64,000 bases of DNA from Camelus ferus (lineage: Eukaryota). The stretch is from positions 58,468,001-58,532,000 of the forward strand of contig NC_045697.1 in the NCBI RefSeq assembly GCF_009834535.1, given 5' to 3'. Within the stretch, counting starts at the first letter, position 1. Every line of letters starts with the position of its first letter. A model generated the notes under the pieces. That model was not told the origin of the DNA. It did no database searches and worked only from the letters and a program-made list of their open reading frames with translations. Shown piece by piece: positions 54,651-64,000 of the stretch. The translations under genes were made by a program, and so were the position numbers.

Positions 54651-55022
54651 TAGAATTGACATGTCATGAAGAAGAGAAGCCATTAATATCAGGGACTATA
54701 TTGTCCTCTGATTACACATCTTTAATAGAGCTAGTTTTTCATTTGGCAAATGTCTCAATGCTCTGAAAGACATAAAAATTATCATCTTTTTATAATTACT
54801 GAAGGCTGTGATGTAGATATGGAATATCAGGAATATTTTTTCTCTTTTTACATCATAACAGAAGTACAACTCATGAACTGAATTATCCCTATTTGCTTTC
54901 CCAGTTCTGTAGTTTATTGCTGTGAGGTGATATAAAGACCTTAGCTTCTGAGAAAATCCAAAGCTTTTATTTCAACTGGATTTAAAAAGAGAGGGAAAAA
55001 AGGAAGGAAAACATAAACTCAC

Positions 55023-55243
55023 ACTTTATCTGTTCCGTAACTCCTGTAGTCTACCGCAGCTGACACAGCCACAATGAGCGCGGGCATCCCGTAGCCGACC
55101 AGGTAAAAGTATTTCCTCCGTGAATGTTCACTCTCAAAAACTTCCACCAGCATGATATAGAGCTGCACTCCCTCCAGGAACATCCAGGTGAAAGCCGCCA
55201 AGAAGAAGAAATGTAAGAGGGCAGCAAAAACTGCACAGGCAAT
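55023..55243 (-). CDS. ADGRL3: ADGRL3 exon, 221 nt, TM3-ICL2-TM4: [73 protein letters not shown](V)
   Basis: Acceptor ttccccag|ATT, donor AAAGT|gtgagt, phase 0/2. Family-B2 motif WMFLEG. Partly in ORF 55019..55201(-). Confidence 0.98.
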
Positions 55244-57679
55244 CTGGGGAAAGGAACACGTGACTTAGTCAAATAACTACCAAGTGAAATATTGTCAACT
55301 ACCATAACGTTAAAGTAAACATTTATCAAGTCTGCAGTAATAAAACAAGTCTATGAAAGAACAATTGTGACAAGATTCTCAAAATTCAGATATTAAAAAG
55401 TAATTTAATATAAACTATCTTTGAAAACTATATTTAATATTTTATTAATAATGGCTATGGATAACTGCAGAGCATTATAATAAATTTAGGAAAAAGTTCT
55501 AATAAGAGTCTACTGATAATTATTACTGAGCCTAGTCTAAAAGTTTTAAAATAGATCCCATGAATTTTTTTTCTTGGCCATAATCATGTGTTTACTAACA
55601 TTTTAAGTTCTTCAACTGTAAATGAAAGAGGAACATTAAAATTAAGGAGAATAAAAGCACTTAAAATTAAATCATACAATAATTACAGTATTTTATAGTG
55701 AGATTATTAATTCATTATTATTAACTGTTTGTTTATTTCTTCCCTGTCTTGTTTCAGAAAGAAGTTAAGGTGGCACTGGAAAGTTCACACTTCATAGATG
55801 TAAAAGTAGATCTGGTTAAAATAAAGTATTCCAAAAGTCCCTTCGTTCTTTCATTTTTTGTTATTGTACCAAATGTTGGTCTAGGCAAGCTAGGGCAAAA
55901 CAGGCAGCCAGTCCTTACTTCAGCACATTTTCTAAGATACTCCAAGTTTCAGCTGACCACATACTAATTTTTTTTTTGTCAGTTCCTGGAGTTCTCACTC
56001 CTCTGGGTGGGGGGAGTCTTCATTTTTTTTTTTAATAAGTCCTAACTAAACTTTATAGTTAAAACTAGAAAATAGTAACACATGTATAGAAATTATCAGA
56101 TTAGTATGGATTCAGCGATGAGTATGATCCTTGAGAAATGAGACAAAGAGCAGGTCTATTTCCTTGGGTTAGAGAGATGACAGTGAAGGGGAGATGAGGA
56201 AGTCAAGTGTCAAAGGGGCTAGAGAGAGAAAGCCATATAAGAGGCAGGAAGACACCCATCCAGCAGTAAGAGTAAAGACAAGTTGGGCTGGGCTGCTCTA
56301 CCCAAGTTTTTCCTACCAATCATTGTTCTTTATTCTACTACTTGTCAGAAATTGGTTCTGCGCAGTCTGCAATGTTTGGTGAAGCTCACCATACCACATG
56401 CAACATCAGGAAACAGAAATAAGAATAAGGTTCCTAAATGAAAAGAAATCACAGAGCATTTGAACCACAGGTTAAAAAAAGAATGAAATGATTTCTCCTT
56501 AAAAAAAAAAAAAAAGAAATGCTTTCTCCTTGGAAAATAACAGTTTTCCATTTCTTGCGTTAGAACTTCAGCTATTAATTTTTGTTATCTGAAGGCTTTA
56601 CTTTTTTGGAGAAAGAATGTGCACTTTGATTGCTTATTCATCTGTAAGCATTTATGGGAAAAGCTGTCACATTTGTATATGATAACCAATTAAAAGTATA
56701 ATCACCATAATTGTACCCTTTAAAGCCATTAATCATGAATGTGTAATCATAAACATGAATCCAACTGCATTTTTATTGTAAAGTACTTTATACATATGGA
56801 CACATACCAGAGAACAGCATTAAGTGAATGAATTATTTATTATGCTTACAAGTCTTCTAAAAAATTAAAGTTTTCATTTGCGGTTTTAGTCATGAGAACA
56901 AACTCGTGCTATCTGCATGAATCTTAAGTAAGTAGAAAGAGCTTCACAAAAATTCTAAGTGGGCATAGAGTCTGTTTAATATATCAGATTCTATCTGCCA
57001 TTAATATTTTCTGTCCAGTTTTACCAAGAACAATTGGCTAGTGCTATTCCTTTTTTCCCCTTTTCCCCTCTCCCTTCTCTCTCTCCCTCCCTCCCTTTAC
57101 TGATATGGCTAAACGTAGTTAGTAGTAAGTGTGAAGTTGGCACTTATAGATGTGAACAGAACTTGAGAAAATACAAAGCGTAAAATAAAATTTGGGAAGA
57201 GTTTACAAATTATAAAAATGACATACAGTTTGAATGATTTTCCAAAACATGTCAGTTAGAAAAACTCACTTTAAAAATGCAGTTTTTAATATAACATCCA
57301 TTTTTAAAGTATATTATAAACTACAGAAAATAGCAGTTACATGTTAGACAAGATACTCCTCCATTCCCCAAATGATCTGTTTAGCTTTCCTCAATATTCA
57401 GCTCTGTGATTAAAAGTTAAAGAAAAAAATACTAATGAAGAAACAAGTTCTTTAGAAAGGCAAGCTTATGAACAGAATTTCTGAAGAAATGTGCATTCAT
57501 ACATCCACAAAGGCACTACTTCTTTATGACAGTGGGACATGAAAAAGGGAAAACTGAGTTAAGATCTGAAACTCAGTAACTATCTTAGATGACTTGAAGA
57601 GATCTTTCAAGTAAAAATATTTTGATTGGAAAGCTGAAAGTGAAGACATTTTTTTCTAATGTTAACGTAGGCTGCTTAC

Positions 57680-57889
57680 TGGTTGGTCGGTTCGGTTGAT
57701 CCCAATCAGGAAGAGCAGTTCTGCTACAAAAAGGCTGATGCAGAGGTTCTTATGGATGGTGTTACGGTCACTCTGGAGCCCACGGAAGAAACAGAATGTG
57801 AAGATGCAAATCAGGAGACAAACAAGGGACAGCAAAATTCCAACCCATGTGATCACATCCAGAAGAAGGTCATGGACCGCATCACTGTG
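57680..57889 (-). CDS. ADGRL3: ADGRL3 exon, 210 nt, TM1-ICL1-TM2: [70 protein letters not shown]
   Basis: Acceptor tgtgtttccag|CAC, donor CCA|gtaagc, phase 0/0. Contains the adhesion-GPCR motif RNTIHKNLC. Lies within ORF 57662..57922(-). Confidence 0.98.
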
Positions 57890-60018
57890 CTGGAAACACA
57901 ACAGAAAAGCCTTAAGTTGCAATTATATGTAACCAACTGCAAAGTTTTATAAGGGCCTGGATTCGTGAGGCATGATTTTAATAATGTATTAAATATCCTC
58001 CACACGTGCAATAAATAACTTAATTATTTGGGTTTTCTAGTCTACAGGTAGAGCATTTTATCTTTTCTGTGAGTTATAAATCAGTTTGTCAGTAGTGTTT
58101 GCACCTTTTTTAGCTGTGTACATTTTCAGTATATAAATAGTTGAAGCAAATCACCTTAATTCTGGTCAAAACTTCAAGGTAAAGCTTTTTGTTTCTTTAC
58201 CCCATATCACTTTCTTAGGTCAATTTTTTGACAACTCCAACTAGGGAATACGTTATTTTTAAAATTAAGCTATATATTAGAGGAATGGTATCTCAACTGA
58301 AATGCTTTTTGAAGCATTGAGGGATTTTTGTAAAGAATTACAGTTCCTCTGTCTTATGAATCCTTTATCAAAATTTTCAAGGTTGAGTTCATAAAAGGAC
58401 CTAATTTTATAAAGATGCTCAGTTAATTCTGATGAACAGCCACAGCTGTTATATCACTTATTTAGTGGACAATTTAAAAGAATGGAGATATTCACTGGAT
58501 TTATATTCCTACTGAATGGCTTAAGGAGAGGCCCTTGAAGGGTGCTGCATGAATACAGCCTGTTATACAGAGACAGAAGATAAGCATTCAGAATTTCTAT
58601 ACCCTATAGCAGCATAAAACACACAGGAGAGCTATGGAGAAGAAATATGCTCAAGAAAACATCTGTCCTGAAACTGCATGTTTTGGTTCTGTTAAAATAG
58701 TACCGTGAGTTCCATGCCTGCCATGTTCCTTGGTTTGTCCCCTGTCTCATTTCTGTCTTTGTCCTAAGATTCAAAACTCTATTCCTACCCTATGATAGTT
58801 TGGCTCCATCTAAAACCACTTCTTTGAGGCTTTAGAATTTATGGTGGCTCAACACATCGGTGTGCCAAGATGTTGTAGCAGAGGTGAGAAATTGTCTATG
58901 ATTATCAATTCCTCTTTTCTTTCTAGGTTTCTTGAAAAGTCTTAAAGACCTAACTTCCATCAGTAGAAGAATAAATAAATAATGGTTGAATTATGGAATG
59001 ATCTTCTAAAGAGTAGTAGAAAATTGGTGTTCTAGATTTACAGTCACATAGATACTTCTTAAAAATCTATTTTTAGATTTTTTTTAAAGAATGCAAGTGG
59101 CAAATATATCTATACAGTATGATCTACTTATGTAAAATTGTAAAAAACACAAATCAATGACATTGATTTTTAGGTACATAGGCATGAGTAGTAAAAATGT
59201 AATGTGTGCAAGGGAGATTTTTTAGTTAAAAACAAAGAGACGTGTTTCTAATTGACATCTTTTCCAACTGTGTAGATCATACATGTTGATTTTTGTTTTA
59301 GGATGGAAGGTATACTACATACAGTTGTCTTCCACACTGTTAGCTCACCTTAAAAAATACATAAATAGCCAGGTTTTCTATTTTTGTTTTTATTCAAACT
59401 TTGTGCTTTTATGTTTTATACAAATTCCATACAAAGATTATCCTGAATGTGAAAATTCTTCTCACAAGTGAGCCACCATGCTGTAACCTGAATCCCAGCA
59501 CTTCGCATACTGCCAGATGTGACTTCACAGCTGTTATTTGATAAAGAGCTCTGCTAGGACACTGTCAGTGAATCAGTTTTGAAATATTCCTGCATAACTC
59601 TGCAAGTATTTCTCAGAAGGAGCTCAAATCATGAAAGAAAACTATATGAAATTTTGTTTTAACTGCTTTGTTCTCCAGGGGATACTGCTAAAGTAGTGTT
59701 GGGTCTCTGATAGCTTAAAATTACTTTTACTAGTGGAGAGTGGAGAGGGTTAGTGCTACCCGGTTCCCTGCACAGAGGGCTATTTGCTCTCTTCTTTGAC
59801 TCAAAGGAAAGATGCTGTAATTGAGTAACAAGCGCCAACATTCAGCACAGCAGTTTTCCATAATGGCAAAGTATAATACATTCTCAAATGTATGCTAAAG
59901 ACCTAAAGCACTAAAAAAAAAAAAAAAAAAAAGGAAAAAAAGAACAGAAAAAAGAAAAAGAAGAATAATCCAAAAAACTGCCTTTTTTGGTAGTTGCATT
60001 ATTAGAAATGTATTTAAT

Positions 60019-60145
60019 GAGGGAGGGTATAGCTCAGTGGTAGAGTGCCTGCTTAGCATGCATGAGATCCTGGGTTCAATCCCCAGTACGCCCATTAAAA
60101 CAAACAAACAAACAAACCTAATCACCTTCTCTACCCCTCCCCCAA
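60019..60145 (+). mobile_element. tRNA-derived SINE, camelid Vic-1 type, with (AAAC)n and aacctaatcacc tail
   Basis: gagggagggtatagctcagtggtagagtgcctgcttagcatgcatgagatcctgggttcaatccccagtac. 15-bp TSD agaaatgtatttaat (60004-60018) vs agaaatgtatctact (60146-60160), 13/15 identical. Confidence 0.9.
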
Positions 60146-60829
60146 AGAAATGTATCTACTTTACTCAATACCTTTGTAGGCCTTTTAAAAACCCCATTCA
60201 GAGTTACTAACAGAAGAACACCAAATGTCAAAACATCAGTACAAAAGGTACATACTGCTCAAACAACAAAACAAAAGGTCTAATGATTAATTAGTAATCA
60301 CCTTTCAGGTATTACTGTCTAGCTCAGAAAACGTAAACACCAATCACCTTGTATATGCTATACTGTAATCAAATATAACTTACCACTTGAATTTCATCAA
60401 TAAGATGGAGAAAAAGAACAATGGACACTAAATGCCAGTAAGAGTTGTGATGATAGCCTTCTTTTTAATAGTCTGTTATAACCAAACTTTCAGGAGGCCA
60501 ACCCACGATAAAAACCAAACCCCTGCGAGAGGACGGCCAACTGAATAAAACTCCTAGGTATAGCTGTAACAATGTGATAATGAATCAAGTATTCCTGTTT
60601 TCAAGGTGCCATGTCTGTGATCACTATGTAACTCAATTACCTATGATATAAACATGTGTAACATCATGTGACTTGAGAGCGACTCAATCTTAAGTTTTAT
60701 TAATATTATATCCCAGCTCTTAGTACTGGGCTTGACACATAAAAAATACTAAATAAATAACTGTGTTTGAATGGTTATAATAATCCTGCTCCACTTACAT
60801 CAAATGCTTTAGAGCTGAACCTCTCATGT

Positions 60830-61810
60830 CGGTATTGCTTTAGTATCTATTTAATCTTTACTGGATTTTATAAAATATCAATGTCAAATATTACATTTCA
60901 AAACTGAGCCCCTTATCTTACCCTGTTTCTCTTCCCACACCCCAAAATCTACTCTTCCTTCTGTTTCTTCATTTCAGTAAACAGCAACTTCATTCTTTGA
61001 AGTGTTCTGGCCAGGAACGTAAGAGTCATATTGAATTCTCTCTTTCATACACTACTGTTAATCCATCAAGAAATCTTGTAGGGCCTGTCCTCTATCTGAG
61101 AGCTATTTGTCACCTCAATTGCACCAAATTAGTTAGAGCTACCTGATTTTCTTCAATAGCCTCCTAATCAATTTCCCTACTTTGACGCTCATTCTCCTTT
61201 CCTCTACATTCAACAAGACTGAGAGATTCTTTTTAAATATAAGCCAGAAAATAAGACTCACTGATGGAAGTATCCAATGTCTCCCATCTCAATGAAAGTA
61301 AAAACCAAAGTCTTTACAAAGGTCTAACATGCGCACTCCTGTGGAAGCACTTCCTATTCTCCCCCTCATTCAGTTCACTCTGCCCCAGTTGGCCTCCTCT
61401 GGTCTTTGAATATGTCAAGCACATTCCAGCCTCAGAGGCTTTGTGCTTGATATTCCCTCAGTCTGGAATACTCTTCCAAAAGATAGCTGCGTGGCTTACT
61501 TTCCACCCAACTTCAGTACTTCATTCAAATGTCACCCTCTTACAGAGTTTTTCTGAATCACTCTATCTAAAATTGCAAATGTCATTTACTCTTTCTGACT
61601 CTCTATTACTTTTCCTGAATTATTTTTCTCTTTAACATTTACCCAGACTATATATTTTATTAATACTTTTTGTTTATTGTCTGTGACCCCTATCAGAAAG
61701 TACATTCCAAGAGAATAAGTTGTTTCATCTCTTCTGATCACCAATGTACCCCTGGGTCCTAGAAAGCTGTCTATCATAGAGTGGATGTACAATTAAGGTG
61801 TCGACTGAAT
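60830..61810 (+). mobile_element. LINE-2 (L2a-like) 3' portion
   Basis: aatagcctcctaa, aagtaaaaaccaaagtctttaca, tggcctcctctggtctttgaatatgtcaagcacattccagcctcagaggctttg, ttcaaatgtcacc. Source of ORF 61264..61635. Confidence 0.8.
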
Positions 61811-62703
61811 CTCTCTTTAATTACTGTGAATTATAAAATGGATTTAGATTATAAACAAAAAGTTGTATCATGCTGCCCACCTCAATCTTTGGGACTCTTT
61901 GGTTCATAAATCACCTGCTCTAAAGTCTTGAGTAAAAGATAAAGAAAATTAGAGATGGAGACTGCGAAGGTTGCTATACCACAATGTCTTAAATATGTTG
62001 AAACAGCAGATGTCAAACAATTACGACAATGGAGGTAAAACTATGCAGAGGAGTAAGAGGACTGTAGTAAGTCTCAGAGTCTAAAGATGTGGCTTTACCC
62101 TTGTCACTCCAAATTTGTAATTGTCACCTTGAACAAACCACTTACCCTTCTGAGTATCAGAAACTTCATATACATAGAGATAAAATAACTGTGGCTTCAG
62201 ATTATTGTGATGAATAATTAAGACAATATATGTGAAACTATGAAAGTCAATGTTTCTTTGTTATTGGCTACTTTAACCTAAAAACATTCATGGATTTTTT
62301 TCATGTTTAAGAACAGACTTCATTTAAATACTCAGAAGTCTGTATGAATGTTACAGGGTTGATTAGAAAAATAATGACTGCAACAAAAATAAAAAAAAAA
62401 TGCTATTTTAACCAGGGACACCAAACATTATTCCAAGCAACTAATGAATTACCTAATTTTGCTTTATAACATAGTCAGCTTAGTTTACACTATTAATAAT
62501 ATTTGTGTTATTGATAAATTAAGGCCACAATATGCCCATAGCATCTGAAGGGGGCAGATTTCAACTTTAGAATCTGAATTCTACCTTCATTATTGTATAA
62601 TTGTGATTATGACATTTAAATAATAAAACACAGAGGGACTCAATTTCACCTATATATTCTTCCTTAAGTTGTAACAAAAAGACAAATCATGTACGAAAGA
62701 AAG

Positions 62704-62830
62704 ATATATAAATATATTTATATATATTTCTTTATTCATATATACTCATATATAAATATATATTTACTAAATTATACAGATTTATATTCATACATTTATA
62801 TATTTATTATATTTATATATATTAATTTTC
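62704..62830. repeat. TA-rich low-complexity tract
   Basis: Degenerate (TATA/TATT)n. Explains the Y/I-rich ORF 62689..62898. Confidence 0.8.
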
Positions 62831-64000
62831 CCATTGTGTGTACCATAAACTATTTGTTATCAAGAATGCTTGAAAAACTCACCAAAAGTAAAAAATAAAC
62901 AAAAGTATCAAAAACTTCAAGGAAATTAATTTCTTAAGAGAACATGGGGAGCTGTGAGAGAAAAATCTGGAAGCAGAATGACAGAATGATTCCTCAGAAT
63001 ATACTTTCAAGAAATTCACTGATTCTGTCCACTCTAGAAAGAAATTTTTATGAAATCAATAATTGTTTTTTGGGCTTTCTATAAAAATTATATTCATATA
63101 TGAAATGCCAGCTATTAGAAAGTTCCTAATTTTTCCTTTTATTTTTACCTCAATAAATCTGTTTTGTCCTATCAATGTGGGGGTCACCGAGTAATTCAAA
63201 TACCACAAAAGGGAAGCGTACTACACTGAAGGAAAAAAGATGACTTAAGCAATGATGTTTTGTGAAAGTCATTCTGTCAATATAAAACTCTCAAATATAC
63301 CAATAGGTACATTTAATGAAACTAGGTCCAAATTCATGGAATAGGGAAATGTGACTTTTGCCCTATGATTTAAAAACAGCTGAATAAGACCTTTATGGAA
63401 ATCTTGATATTTCTAACTTTATTGTTCAAAAAGCAAGTCAGCAAACAAGATGGAGAAATAGATTTTGAAATTTTTTTCATTTTAATTGCGTAAGTGCTTC
63501 CAGATGGGACACAAACTTTACGAATTAATTTTGAACCCCTCTGATGTTTTTTCTCTTTTTTATATTTTCAGACTGTTGCTATTTTCCAGACACTGCTTGA
63601 ACAATCATCCTGTAATAATTATTAACTGTAGGTCAGCAGTTTTCAAGAACCTGTTTTACTTTCTGTATAAAAATGTACTATTTTAATGTTGAATCAGATT
63701 AGTTAAAGGCATAATGATATGATTTTTAAATTGCCTCTTAAACATATCTTGTTCTGAAATACTTGTAACATAGTTAAAATGAGTTTTTTTTTTTTTCTTT
63801 TTTGCAAATGTAGGAGCACTTGCTTTGGTACTAATGTATCGCATCGGCATAAGGCATTGCTTTCACTCATGGATTTCACTGAAGCCAGTAGGGTAATGAA
63901 AGGCCTATTTTCTGATAAATGTGGTAAGAACTCTGTGAAATAAGCTCCTCACATTGCTCTAACAGATCATCAAACACAAAGGTCACCCCACAAATGCTTG

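Larger units (their letters stand above)
1..64000 (-). other. ADGRL3: ADGRL3 (latrophilin-3) transcription unit, internal part; window begins and ends inside the gene
   Basis: Eight phase-compatible exons splice to a continuous latrophilin-3 7TM/C-tail peptide ([17 protein letters not shown]...SFITGDIN). The GAIN/GPS exons must lie beyond 64000 and the 3' exons below 1. Confidence 0.96.

Noticed and set aside
60019..60095. tRNA-Ala-like gene (also 2305-2380, minus strand)
   Set aside because: Has A/B boxes but is followed by an A-rich or simple-repeat tail and flanked by TSDs. It is a SINE, not a tRNA gene.
57890..64000. Upstream GPS/Stachel exon of ADGRL3
   Set aside because: No TNFAVLM-type coding sequence found in this interval. 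It must lie beyond the window.
1..64000. CRISPR arrays, operons, prokaryotic defence or other novel multi-gene systems
   Set aside because: The sequence is mammalian intron/exon DNA. No regularly spaced repeat-spacer array or second gene is visible.

Overview
AT-rich mammalian genomic DNA lying entirely inside ADGRL3 (latrophilin-3/LPHN3, an adhesion GPCR), which is on the minus strand. Eight coding exons can be read with canonical GT-AG sites and matching phases: 57889-57680, 55243-55023, 43442-43376, 40941-40850, a 27-nt microexon at 16956-16930, 14379-14211, 6628-6503 and 75-<1 (truncated by the window edge). They splice into one open 987-nt frame (329 aa) covering the whole 7TM domain and the start of the cytoplasmic tail. 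Five of the eight exons are absent from the supplied ORF track. Two tRNA-derived SINEs of the camelid Vic-1 type point to a camel, alpaca or llama genome. The introns hold ordinary eutherian repeats (L1, L2, MIR, MLT1, LTR16, MER21 with a nested solo LTR, hAT and Tigger MITEs). Repeat subfamily names and boundaries are by eye and approximate. I found no evidence of a new biological system. The most interesting signals concern the ICL3 microexon: an SRRM4-type UGC motif, a hairpin behind its donor with a possible competing long-range partner, and a 3' end shared with the preceding exon. There is also a candidate enhancer-like block next to the 67-nt exon.
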